A DNA stretch of 64,000 nucleotides, from the NCBI GenBank assembly GCA_050084985.1, contig JBITNC010000001.1:1922001-1986000 (forward strand), read 5' to 3'. This DNA is from Nageia nagi. Its lineage: Eukaryota; Plantae; Pinophyta. Below the pieces are notes generated by a model. The model saw nothing but the letters and a program-made list of their open reading frames with translations. It was not told where the DNA came from and did not search any database. The first letter of the stretch is position 1. Each line of letters opens with the position of its first letter. Of the stretch, positions 1 through 13,439 are shown one piece after another. The position numbers and the translations under genes were made by a program.

Positions 1-2520
1 TATTTCTTGTTTAATATATTTTTATGTTCCTTTGTCTTTGCCTTGGATTGCTCCTATGATAAGAGGTCCCAAGTCAAAGAGGGTGGCAAATATAGGCAAA
101 AAATCGATTCATCCAAAGTTGTCTCCATGAGACAACTTTTCATGGAGTACTTTCTTACTTTTGTTGTTATACTTTGAATTTATGCTTTGATTATATTTTA
201 TCCCAAAAGCATAAACCATATTCAAAGTGGAGTATTTGCTAACATCTAAGAAATAATTTTAATTTAATTAAAATACCCTTTCAAGTATTCAAAATAAATT
301 ATTAAATAAATGCTCTTATCATTGTTCACTTTTATCTACCTTTATGGTTTATGATAACAAGTCAGCTTGGCATCATAATAAGCCTACAGAGGAGCCTTAG
401 CACTAGACCTGTTACCTATAAAGGTGAAGGGGTTATGCATGATCATAGATATGATATGACATGACATAATCCCAAATCTTTGATAGGTGGAAATATACTT
501 GTTTCATTCTTGATCATTTTTTATTAATGCCACCTATTATTTCTATATTGTGTTATACTCTAATCTTTGTATTCCTTAGATCTTTTCATCCATTCATAAG
601 TGATATTATGAGCATCGAAGGTTAGATGAAGACATCAAGTGATGGGGTGAGGTAATCTCAAAAGGTAATCGAACTATGTCATTGAGTTCCTAGCATTGAT
701 GCTGGGTTTAGGCTAGATATGTGGCTCCACTCTTCATATAAGCTCATCATTCATCCTCTTTCAATTGAATATTGCCTTTGTTCATCGTGATAGGTAAACT
801 CTAAGTTTGTATCTTTCGTAAATCTAGTTTGATAGGTCAAGGTTAATTAGTTCATTGTCATATTTTATGTCATCATTTACTATTATTTTAGAATTAATTG
901 GTTAAATTGAATATGTTATAAATAACCCTTAATTATTATTATTTTGATTATAATACATGTCTCATACCAATCTCAATCGAGAAGAAACCATCATTCAAAA
1001 CCAAAAATCATACATGTATAAGGTTTAGAAATAAAACTCATACCTATCAAGGGTACTTATGGAATTAATCCTCCTCCACTTTAAAAGAGGGATAGCCTCA
1101 TACCCATTTCCACCAAATAAAGCATGTACATGTTACAAATCCAGCTCTAACAAGCCTACCATGCATCGCAACTATATACCCTGAGGACTTACCTACTACT
1201 TCTAGTAACTATAGTCCGATAGCCATGATCTTAGTTAGATGTCTATTGGTTTGCATTGACCAACTAAGGGCTCCACCAATATGGTTTTTCATGATCATCC
1301 ATCATGCATCCATGCTTAAGGTGTTTCAGTCCATTGCACACATCGCAATATTCATGTTTTTTTCATGTTTAAAAGTGTTTGTACTCAAGAAGTTACAACA
1401 CATCAAGCTAAGTTCCAAGGATCAACCACTTTCTAACACCTTGATGATTGCTTCAATAAGTCATTTTTTACAATCTTAACATTCCCAACATTAGGTGGCC
1501 TTGCATTTCCCAACCATAATCATAAGTTGGCCTACTCCAACAACATTGGAAACCATGAGCTTTATATCATAACCAAATCTTGGTGATCAAACTTATTTCA
1601 ACCAGACAAGGAATGCTTGCTTGGGAGGCAAGACCAAGTGATACCGATTTGAACTAGATTCTTGAAGGCAAGGACGACTATGGTGAGTTGTCCTTTGTTA
1701 TTACAATTCTATTTCAAGGGCTTTTTCCTATACATTTTTTTATGTACAAATATTTCTAAATATTGTTATCATATTTAAATAATATTTTCATTGTAGATAA
1801 TCAATGCAACATTAAAAAATAAAAATAATAAAAAAATTCAACAAAATGAAAAAATTAACAATTTAATATTTAGAAGATAAATATGAAAATATCTAATATA
1901 TGTAAAAGTAAAAAAAATATAATCACAATCCAAACAATCAATAAATATTTTTTTAACATTGACATAACTTTATTTTTTTCTTATATATGTATATTTCTTA
2001 CTCTATAATATGTATATTTCTTACTCTATAAGTTTACATAACCATGATCGTATGCTACTTTATTTAATTTATAAAAAAAAAGTTATCAAGGCATGTTTAA
2101 CATTCATAGTTACATTTCAAAAATTAAATATTTAAAATAGGATATTAATGAATGAATGAATGAAGTCTATTAATGTTCTTTAAATTTAATAGTGTGTATA
2201 TTCTATCAAAAAAAATTTAAAATTAAATATATATTATTTATGTATTTAAATGATTATTTCTAACAAAATTAAGATTCATAGTAAAATTGCCAAGCTTGTT
2301 TTGTTTATCTTGGTTTAAGAATCCATGGATCATATTATAATTAAAATTGTATATCTTAATTTGATTATAAATAATCATTTAAATGCATAATTGATATATG
2401 TTTATTCAAAACAAGTTTGATGATTTTGTTTTTCATCCTAATTATGTTGAAATCATCATGTGTGTGTCTCTTTTAATGTCCTTTTAAACCCATTGGTTTG
2501 TAGAACCTATCAAAATTTTC

Positions 2521-2980
2521 TCATAAGTAAATATATATATCAATTAAGTATTTGAAAGATTTTTTCTCATATAAAGAAAAATATTGAACAATGCAAAGAT
2601 ATTCCAATAAAAATCAGAATTATCCAAAGGAAAATTGACCACAATCACTCACACCCACCCAATGAAAATAAATTTCTAGAACCAGATCAAGCACAATATG
2701 ATAATATTTGTTAAAACCTCCAAACAATAATTTATCATCTCTTACCAATATCAAAGTTTGCCCAAAAGTAAAAATATATCAATTAAGTGTTTGAATGATT
2801 TTTTCTCATATAAATACATTAAACAACTCACAAATATTCAAAGAAAAATAAGAATTATTCAAAGGATAATTGACCACAATCACTCACACCCACTAATTGA
2901 AAATAAATTTCTAGAACCAAATCAAGCACAATATGATAATATTTGTTAAAACTTCCAAACAACAATTTATCACCTTTTTC
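2521..2980. repeat. Tandem duplication, 2 x ~240 bp, part of a locally dispersed AT-rich repeat
   Basis: TTGACCACAATCACTCACACCCAC...GCACAATATGATAATATTTGTTAAAAC occurs at ~2634-2720 and ~2870-2955. Related blocks at 2270-2345, 5455-5760 and 7735-7995. Confidence 0.85.
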
Positions 2981-5139
2981 CAAGGGAGTTGGGAGACAAG
3001 TGAGGTATAAAGGCACCCATATTGAATGTCTCAAATTCCGTTCCCATCCCTTACATTGGTGATATTTAAAAACTCATAATAGGTCCTACAAATCAATACA
3101 TTTAAAGGATGTTAAACAATGAATTTACTATTATTATATTATTTGAAAATAAATTCATAAAATGAGGAGCAGAGTATTCATTATTAGTCAAGTAGCAAGG
3201 AATATGTTATCAACCAAGCATGGCAAATCCATGTCACCCCAAGCATATAACCCATCATCGATTATTAGTTCTAGGTTTATGATAAATGCAACATTTGAAC
3301 CCTCTCTACATGTGAAGCTCCAACTTCAATCTTATATCAGCATAGGGAATCCATTAGCAAATAGTGGATAAGTTGATCACCCATCCACCAAGGTTTTTTC
3401 TTGATGTTTTTAATCATGTCCATGTCTTAGTGAGATCAACAAGTAGCAAAGTGCATTTGGAAAATACTGGAAGGATGATCTTTCAAAGCAAGGAGGACAT
3501 TGTGATCAACTAATTTATGTTATTGAAAATCAAAGTGATGGTATAATCTTTCTATAAAAAAGAAAAAATTAAGGATCATTAGATATTTTATGAAGGATAA
3601 ATAAGGTATATCTACTAGAATATAATGTTTTCTTCCTACTACTTAGTGTTGGTAGGTTTAGTATGATAGATGCTTTCCAATAACCTAATATATCATCCCA
3701 CTTGTAATAACAACACTCACCTAGTTAGATTATTAAAGAATAATATAATATATTAGTAAGGTTAATCACTTCAGTGTAAAGCTATAAAGATAGCCACTAT
3801 TTAGATTAGGATGTAATCAATTATGCTCAATTCACAATCGAAAAAGTAAACTAATTTTGCACTTTATAATATGACACATTTACACCTTACATAGAAGAAT
3901 AATTATACATATTATATTGAGTTTTAATGTTTAATGTATTGGTTATTCTTTGCTTTATTTCTATCAATTAGTATTAGAGCTTGCCTGACTCTTCCCCTTT
4001 TCATTATTGTCTCTAAAACTATCACTATATGGCTTTCTCTTTAAATCTAATTGTGGGATTTCATCCCATTTACATCAGGTTTATTCTACACATTTTTGTT
4101 ATTTTTTCACATTCATGAAAAACATCGTATGTTTGTTGGATATCCCGACTCGAACACCAATGTTCATAATCTTTAATGCAACGATAATTTTAGAACATTT
4201 ATCTCTTGGGATATATTTAAATCTCTTGAACAACATAACATAAAATACTCTAATCAATAACAATAAGTGAGAATGGACTTTTTTGGAGGTGTGAGGTGTA
4301 GTTTTTGAAGGCCCCTAATGGATTTATCTATACTACCATAAAGCATCCTTCAAGTTAGATTGGTGTTAGACATACTTGCATGGTGATGGTGGGGTTCATC
4401 TATTTCTTTCTAGTAGTGAGTGTATAAATTTTCAATGTTTATGTACTAAGACAACTAAAAAATTAAATGGATTTCATAATTGATGTTATGATATGTTGGT
4501 TAAAATAATAAATTTTAAATCCGGTAACCTGAATTCAAATCCCACATAAAACCTTTTCCATGAAATTTTGACACTTAAAATTTTTTATACATTTTTTATA
4601 AATTCTTGATATTTATGTATGTATAATAAATACCTTACTTTTATTACAATCAAAGTAGTGAAAAATGAATAACGTTTATATAATTTACATTACCAAAAAA
4701 TTGTAAACCCCACCAGATGTGTCAAACATATGAAGAACATCATTTTTTTGCTGGTATAAACAACTTTGACCCCTATTGTTGCTACATGTTTATATTTTAT
4801 CTACAAGGCTAGGTGATCATTGCATGCTCCATGTGAGAAACCCTCCATTTGTTGATATGTTAGCTACCACACCTATCGGAAGCCTCTAGTTTTCTCTAAC
4901 AATCTACCATGTTGATGTGAGATTGTTCTATTTGTTTTAAGCTAATGATTTTAGTTTTTAAAACTTTTAGTAATTTAATAGGGATCACATGTCTTTAAAA
5001 TAACATACCACTTTAAGCATTATAAGTCATTTAAAAATACCAAAGAGATTTTAATTATTTCTTTAATAGTGGGGTTATTTTTTAAGCAACAAAAGTTAAT
5101 TTTTCAATAATCTTCTATTACTTAAATAATATTTAAGGA

Positions 5140-5418
5140 TTTTTTTTATAACAAGAGGTACCAATCAAAATTATTAATCCTTTTAGAGTTGTGCTCCTAT
5201 CTATAAATCACATGAGTTAGTTACACCATAGGTTCTTTTCCCAAGCGAGACTTTTTATATAAGGGTTTTTATCCAAGCCCCACAAATAGGTCATAATACA
5301 ACCGAAATGCAACTACAGCCATGTAGTACCATCGAGGATCCATTTAGGGGATTCAAACATGTGACCTTTTCCCCCAAATTTGAATCACTTTACCACTATG
5401 GTGTCCAATTGGAGACAT
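5140..5418 (-). mobile_element. Possible tRNA-derived SINE
   Basis: The minus-strand head has A-box-like TAGTGGTAAAG and B-box-like GTTTGAATCCC. An A-rich tail lies at ~5140-5148. Confidence 0.4.
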
Positions 5419-7235
5419 TATTTAAGGAATTATTAAAAAGGGGAGTGTTAATCTTTTAACGTTCTTTTAAATCCATTGGTTTGTAGGATCTATTAAAATT
5501 TATCTAGAAGTATATATATATATATATAAAATTAAGTAATTTAATTATTATTTCTCATATAATTAATTTGTATAGTCAAATTGCCAAGTTTGCTTTCATT
5601 ATCTTGATTTAAGAACTTGTGGATCAAGTTTTAGTTACAAATACCTTTGTAGGTTTGTCTAATATCTTTGTAGAGTGGGCACAAAAAGAGAGAATCATTC
5701 TCATCCTCTATGATATTTAGGTTACAAAATAATTGGTATTTTTAATATCAATCTAGGAAGGTACACTTGTGAGGTCCAAGGCCTGTATGTGCACAACAAT
5801 CATATTCTATTCCTATCAAGATTTATGTGTTTACACCATAGTGAAAGGAAGGATTTATTTTCCAAGATGTGAAATAATAAATTACCTAACTTTAAAAAGT
5901 GAATTATATGAAAGAGAACTAACAATTGCTTTTCAAATGTACTATAAAATATTGGGAAATAACTTAAGAAAATAAAGCATTCATGAAAGAAATTTGCCAA
6001 GCCTATGCAAATGATGGATAAACTATTGTACATAAAGATAATACAAACCTTCCAAGCCCATGCAAATGATAAATAAATTATGTTGAAAGATAACATAATT
6101 CTTGCCTAGATAAGTGTAAATGATAATTGAACCTAGGAAATTTAAATTAAATGCCCTTTCAAAGAACTATACCTTCCTTCCAAAGAGGGTCCTTCCTGTA
6201 AGCACTCCAATGTGTTTTTCAAGGGCTTACAAATTCAAGCACTTAACTCAAAAATAAACAAGAACATGGGCAAAGCATCTTCCATTATGTAAATAGAAAG
6301 ATAAAATAGAATTCTTTCAATTCCAACAATACCAAAGCAACATAGTAGCTACCAACTATAATCTAAACTCCTACATTTACAAATTATGTAAGCAAATTAT
6401 TTGTAATGACCACAACTAAATTGGGCCAAGTAACAGTACTCCATATTCAGTAATTACAATAAAAATATTTAATTTGTAGTACATCTTATCCTTTACTCAT
6501 TGCTACATGAACTAGGAATTATGCTTCTTCATTGTTGGTTTTCCAAAACAAGTCTACAAGCTTTTCCCTGGTCATAGGTAACTGCTTCAACTCCTTCTTG
6601 AACCCTTCAATTGGTGCTCCTAAGGTTTTCCAAACATGTGTATGTGTATCTTCAATGCTTCCATCAAAAAGCATTATTTCTAGCTAATAAATTCATAAGT
6701 TAAAACAAAATAATGTAATTGCAATATAAAAACTAAATCATCATATTTGGGTATACAAACATAGTATTAAGTGTAGAAAGGTAAAGATAAATATGGTTAG
6801 AATAGGGATAAGTAGGTACAAATTAAGATAATTCTTGTTACTCATCATGAAACTTACAAATACTTTCATCCCAATGTGTTTTATATATTGTCAATCTAAC
6901 AATTTCTCTATGTAATTCGTAAGAATTAGTTCTTAATTTTACGATCACAAGTTTCTTTTTTACACTAATAATCTTGTATAGGTAAAATGGAGATTTAAGT
7001 TTTGGATTAATGATATTTTTATAGTAAGCTAGTTATCTTTTATATTTAATGTTATCATCACTTCAGAAAAATTGAATTACTTTATTTACAATTTAAACTT
7101 CTAATTTATCACTATTTTATAGTGTTATGTTATTATGTATATCCCAAAAGTTAACCCATTTATCAAATTCTTTTAACCAACCTCTTTTAAAATGTTTATG
7201 AGTTGAACAAGTTTGTTGGGCGACTACAAGTAATA

Positions 7236-7331
7236 TAAGGGGATCTAACTTTTTAATATATAATATATATCATTTTAAAGCAATCTAAGGGGATCCAACA
7301 TTTTAATATATAATATATATCATTTTAAAGC
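7236..7331. repeat. Tandem duplication, ~50 bp x 2
   Basis: TAAGGGGATC(T/C)AAC(T/A)TTTTAATATATAATATATATCATTTTAAAGC occurs twice. Confidence 0.85.
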
Positions 7332-8029
7332 TTCACTTTCAATATGAAGTAAACCAGTTTCCATGAGAAGGTCCTACAAATCAATGGGTTTAAGATGATG
7401 TTAAAAGACTTGTCTTTTTTTTTTTTTTGGATTGAAATGAGGGTGTCGAAAGGTCCCACTATCTTTGTATATTTAAATCTATCACATGATCAACATGTGA
7501 CAAGTGGGTTATGTATCTTAATTTGTAGGGGTTGGAATTGGAACTTGGTACTCACTTTTCATCAAGTGGGAGTTTCCACACTCAAGGTTCACCAACTCCT
7601 CTAATAAGTGAAGATGTTAAAAGACTTATCTTATCTCAATTTACAAATATTAGTATAGTTTTTTCTAATATCTATGTAAAATGTAAAAATAAAAAGAAAA
7701 CGAGTTTCATATTCAATGATAAGTCTTTTTATGTTGTTTTAAACTTATGGTTTGTAGGACATATATCATAGTTTGTATGGGAATAAATATAATTCAATTA
7801 TGTATTTGAATGCTTGTTTCTAACATAGTTAAGTTGTATAATAAAATAGCCAAGCTTATTTTAGTTTTCTTGATTTAAAAATTCATGGATCAAGCTCTTA
7901 TTACAAATATTTTTTTAAGATTGTATGATGTATTTGTAACATGGACAAAAAAAAGAGAAAATGAGTTTCATCTTCTATGGCAATTAGGTTGCAAAGCTTA
8001 CAAGTTCTTTTACCCTAAGGTGTTTTAGG

Positions 8030-9940
8030 TATTACCCATCTATTGGTTTCACTATACAACTCAGGTGAATAAATTCTTCATTTTGTGATCGCAAGTTTCC
8101 TTTTAAGATTGACAATCATATATGGATATAATGGATGTTCAAGTTTTGGATTGATAATATTTTTATAATAAGCTAGTTTTCTTTTATTTTTTATATTATA
8201 ATCACTCCATAATTTTTGAGTTATTTTATTTACAATATGTAATTTTATTTTATCATTATATGAAAGGGTTATGTTAATGTGTATACCCAAAAAATGAAAA
8301 CACTTATCGAAGTCTTTTGTTATTTGAATTTAGGTACAGGTTTAGCCTTGGGAAAGGCTTGGTGGGCCAAGTCTTAGCCTTGGACATGCAACTTCTTGTT
8401 CATGGCAATGGGAGTGACAAATCATGAATTTCGATAGGTGTTTGATCAAGTTTTTTGAGGATTTTTTTCATGAAATTAAAACCCATTTTAGATCAAAGAG
8501 TGTAGATTACAAGTATGTAATTTTTTTTACAATTTGATTATATTTTATATTTTTAAATTAATTTTCAATGAAACTAGTCCTTAGACTTGAAAAAGTAGGT
8601 TCTATTACTTTTTTAATAACCTTTTTTTGGAGGTATTATGAAAAAAAATTATATGTGCACAATCTATAGAAAATTCTCTATTAAATTAAAAAAAAATGAA
8701 AAAAAAAATAAGTTTAGGTCAAATTATACGTGTTGTAGATTGGTACTTTGCAAAACAACAATTATGGCCAGTAAAAAAATAATAAAAAAATTATTCATAA
8801 AAAATTATGAAAAAATATCTCGCAGATCTTTAGTGTGTTAGGTATCTTTTCTCAAAAGGATTTTTGAAAATATTATATTTTAGGTCAAAATATGCTTATC
8901 GTAGAAGAGCATGGTGTGGTCATAGAATAGTACATTTTAAAGAGTGGCTTTTAGAAATGTCTGTCATAAATAAATTTCTATCAACTGGGTATTATAATAA
9001 ATTACATATTTGAAAACTACATTCCAAGAACTACATTTTTACTCAGTGACATTTTTCAAGATTCCATCTCTAAAGGCTCCAAAAGTTGAGATCAATTATA
9101 ACCAAACCTGAAAATCAAGGAAAACATCCACTTTTTGGCCATTTCATGGGCCCATCTTCTTGCACTTACCCAATTACAAGAAGCCTTTGATGATCTAACT
9201 TTATTCATTTATAATTTTATAACATATATCATCTTACAACTTTGCTTTCAATAAGAAATAAACCAACTTTCATGAGAAGGATAAAGTATGGTGTGTTATT
9301 TTTAATTTTGAAATTATAAAAAATGAATTGTTTTTGAATTTGATCAATTTTATTGCATGTTTCACAAAAAAATGCTTTCACCTCAAACTTGACAGCCATA
9401 GAAGATTACTAGAATTACAAGGTAGGAGAAAAGAATTTTCTTTTTGTCATTCTAAAGTTTCACATTTTTACAATTATTTTTAAAACCATAGAAAACTTTC
9501 TATCCAACAAAGATTATTTTTTCAACATCTAGATTCCAATTTAGTTTGTGATTATATAAATACCTAAGTATTTGTAAGATTAAATCACCTTTACAAGTTG
9601 AATGTTGAAAGAAAATTGTAACATTTTTTAAGATTTAATAATCATAATTATGATTATGTCTAAATTAACTATTAAACTAGATATATTGCAAAATGCCTAG
9701 AAGATATTTAATTATTTTACAAGATCATAGTGTTTAGCTAACAAGACAATATCATTTGCATAAAATAAAAGAATAATTATAAGGTTGTGGAGTTTGGTGC
9801 CTATACATTTAGCTTCTTTTAAATATCTTTCTAGTTGATCTATGTAAATACTAAGTAAGGTTAGAGATTTCAATATTCCAATTAATTTCATCATACCTTC
9901 CTTGACTAGTTTTGTATTTGAAGATAACTCATTCATAAAG
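8030..9940 (-). mobile_element. Old AT-eroded LINE RT remnant with a younger insertion (~8391-9184)
   Basis: LLFYANDIVLL (ORF 9712-9936), YKYLG at ~9560 and KLAYYKNIINP (ORF 8078-8290). The insert has short imperfect TIRs CTTCTTGT/ACAAGAAG. Confidence 0.55.
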
Positions 9941-10179
9941 CCTATAAACTAAAAATCTTCATTCATAAAGTATTTCTAAATCAACCATACACATTAAAGG
10001 GATAAGATAGATAAGATAATTATATTAATGTCCACAAATGACCAATAAATTCAAAGGGACTTAGGAATACAATCAAATAAGTAGAAAAGAACTAGGGAAA
10101 AAGACCCAAGTGAAAGGAGGTAGGGCACCCAAGAGACAACTCCCGAGGGATCACTCTATACTTTGAAGACTATTTTCTA

Positions 10180-11277
10180 TATTAGATATGGGTAATCCCA
10201 CATCCTATCCTCTCCAACCATGGAGAAGCTTATTCTCTTTGGAAGATCAGACGATCTTAGTCCCTCCTCTAGAAGCTACGACCAAGGAGGATGGAAGCTT
10301 GTACCTAAAAATTCCTCGCAAGATAATAGATCAAACTACCAAGCAAGGAAGCTTGGTCTGGTGGGAAAACTACAAGGTGTGTGCCCGAATATTGATTTAG
10401 TTCGAAGGTGGGCAAAATTCAAGTGGATATTGAGAGGTAATCTAGATATTATCTCGATGTTGAATGACTACATGATGTTTGTTTTCAGCTATACGAAGGA
10501 TAGATACTTTGTTCACAATGTTTCTTAGATAAATAGGGGCTATTCTTAGAAAAATGGCACCTTGGTTTCAATCCTAAAAAAGCTCAAATTCTATACACCT
10601 CAATCTGGGTCACCCTTCCCAAACTTTCGTTTGATCTTTGACATCTAAGAGTTTTTGAAGGGATCGAAAACTCATTACAGTGGATGATGTTACAAAAGCT
10701 AGATCAAGGATGGTGGCAACAAGATTTTGTGTATTAGTGGAATTTGGTGTAAAGCTTCCTCAAACTATTACTCTTTACTCTAAAGTAGGAGAATGGATTC
10801 AAGAAACCCAATGTGAAGCGAATAATTGTTTGACCTCTAAAAACTACAGTGGCTAAGGAATGTTGCCCTAAACATTCTTTGGAGAAAAAGTCAAATGACT
10901 TAGAATATGGGGAGATTGTGCAAGGCATTGATAATCATGCTACGATCGCTAAAAAATAACCCTCTGATCATTAAAAATTCATTACGGTCTAGATCCTTAT
11001 CAATCTCAAAATGAGGAGTGGTAAATGGTAAAAAGTAGAAAGAACAAAGCCAATCCAGCTCAATCCAATGACACTATGGTTCAAAAAAACTATCAAAGGA
11101 TATTACAAAGTGCTTTGAAGAAACCAAATGTAGGATAAAGACACGCTGGACAACCAAGCAAAGGAAAAATTAGAGAAATAGAAACTACCAATGAAGTCAT
11201 TAACGAAAAACAAGCAACACTCAATGGCCTTGGAAGAGGATTTCTCCTCAAAACTAAGAAGAAATAAGGTGATGATC
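10180..11277 (+). mobile_element. L1-type LINE ORF1 remnant (DUF4283-like)
   Basis: LVGK...PNIDLVRRWAKFKW.LRG.LDIISM.NDYMMFVF, then LFLEKWHLGFNP and IWVTLPKL, typical of plant L1 ORF1. Interrupted at 11278. An L1-like 3' end (TTTATCGAAAAAA) appears at ~21255-21267. Confidence 0.65.
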
Positions 11278-12081
11278 TGTTAGAGTATAATTTGCTTTAT
11301 TACCTAGTTAGGTATCTAGGTCAGCATTATCTTAAGTTCACTAGTAGGTGTGCTTAGTTGTCATACTTATTAGATTGTTTTAATCTGATAGTCAATATTG
11401 TTTTGATCGTGTGGCTATTGTCCATTTCACTTGCTATTTAAATAAGGTGTATCTTACGTTTAATTAATCCATCATTTTTTTCTTTAACGAGTAATCTCTT
11501 ATGCTCTTGTGATATTCTTTCGGCTCTTGCATCTTGGGTGAGGAACTTCATTTTTCCTCTCTCCTTTCATATTATCAAAGCAAGTTTTGTAAAGATATTT
11601 CTAAGTCTTTGCTTACATTCCAATGGTAGCCACAGCCTTCATTTGTTGTGTAGTGTGTCCTCTTTGGTGGATCATCTCCCTGCGTTGGTGTCTCATGGCA
11701 TTTCACCTCTAGGGTTTTATTGGCATAATTACATTATGATTTGTTGTCTTCCTCTTTGAAAGTAATATTTTATGCTCTTGTGATATTCTTTCGACTCTTA
11801 CATCCTGGATGAGGAACTTCCTTTTTCCTCTCTCCTTTTATGGTGTGTTTATTCTGCTATGATCTCTCTTTTTACAACAAGTATGAGTCTTTCTCAAAGC
11901 TCGCATTGCAATTATGTCTCCTAGTACTCAGGGCTCCTTCTAGATGAAGTGTCTTGGGAAGATCTGCTCATGAGTTTTTTATGGCCTCTCCATCCCTGAT
12001 GATCGAGATTGTAGGTGTGATTTATGGTCTTCCTTTGCGTCAGAGCTTCTGTGGCATCCTCGGCACTTTACGAGCTCACTC

Positions 12082-12487
12082 TATTGATCGTTTCTCATAG
12101 AGTCTATTCGTAAGAATGAGTCTCCAACTTCCCTTGATTTTAGGAGCACCTGAAGTGGTCCACTTGGTATTCATCACGTTCATCGAACATTGGAACTGCC
12201 TTTGATAAATTAAAAATGATGTGGGACACGTAGCCATCAAAGCTTGATGGAGGCTTCTGGCTATAAATACTGTGTTTGGTCCCCAGACTCACTTAACTCA
12301 ATCCCCTTCAATCTTACACCATCTAAATAGAGTGGAGTAGAGTTTGGAAGTGCCAAACATCAGAGAGAAACTGCAGCAAAATAGTGAGGAGCATCAATGG
12401 CTAGAGGTACTATTTATTGGCATCAAACTTGTCGATTCTATTTATAAAGTGTTTATTTTGCATTATAGAATCATCATTTTGCTTTCA
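12082..12487 (+). repeat. Copia 5' LTR
   Basis: Direct repeat of 17768-18163, with termini TA(TG)...CA and a TATAAATA box at ~12262. Confidence 0.95.
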
Positions 12488-13439
12488 TTTGGTATCAGAG
12501 CGAGTATTTTATCTCTACCTTGGTTCATAGAGTTGCTCTGTTTATCTCAAAAAAAAAAAACAAACAAATAGAGGCAAACAGTTTCCACTTTTATAGATGG
12601 TCTGGGAAGTGAGTTTTTGGGCCCATGTCTGTTGTGCTATATTATTATGCTTATAATTTTTATTTTGATTTAATTTTATGCAATTTGGATAATTGTTGTG
12701 CAAATTTATTTATTATGCTCGTATTTAGTTTGCATGAATTGATTATTTCTGCTCTATATTAATACATGCAATTTTTGGATGAGTATATATATAGTTAAAG
12801 GCATGAAATTAAATGTTATGCATAATAGTATAGTTGTAATTATGAAGTATTTATGCTTATATTAATATTAACATGTTAGTATTAGTTAAAATTATGTAAT
12901 TCATAATATTAAGCTAGTCTTATGCGATTTAATGTCTAATGATCCATATAATTTTAACTAATTAGAGAATAGCCACAGCATCTTTAATTAAATAAAATTA
13001 TACATTATGATTGATTAGGATCACATAAAGAATATTAGACATTAATTGTAATTAATTATACTTAATATAATAAATTTTATCCCATAGGAATTTTTATTAT
13101 ATTTATATTATTAATTAGGATAAAATATCAAATTATTCATAAATTACCCATAGGAATTATGAATTTTAGTAAATAATTTGATAGTTTTATCATAAAAGTT
13201 TAATCTAAGATAGAACATATATCAAATTATAATCATAATATACCCTGAGAATTATGAATTAAGTAAATAATTTGATAAAATTCTATCATAAAGAATAATT
13301 AATCTACTTGAATTAAAAATTCAACCCACAGGCATTTTTATGTCATTAGATTCAATTTTTAAGCATGATCTACATTGGTAAAGCATGAATATTTATTTAG
13401 GCCTCAGTATTAACATAAGCATGTAATCTATAAATTTAT

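Noticed and set aside
1-950. Possible LTR remnant, loosely like 51700-52300
   Set aside because: Too degraded, with no boundaries, PBS or TSD.
5330-5418. tRNA gene
   Set aside because: Only degenerate A/B-box-like motifs are present and no cloverleaf can be built. SINE-like at best.
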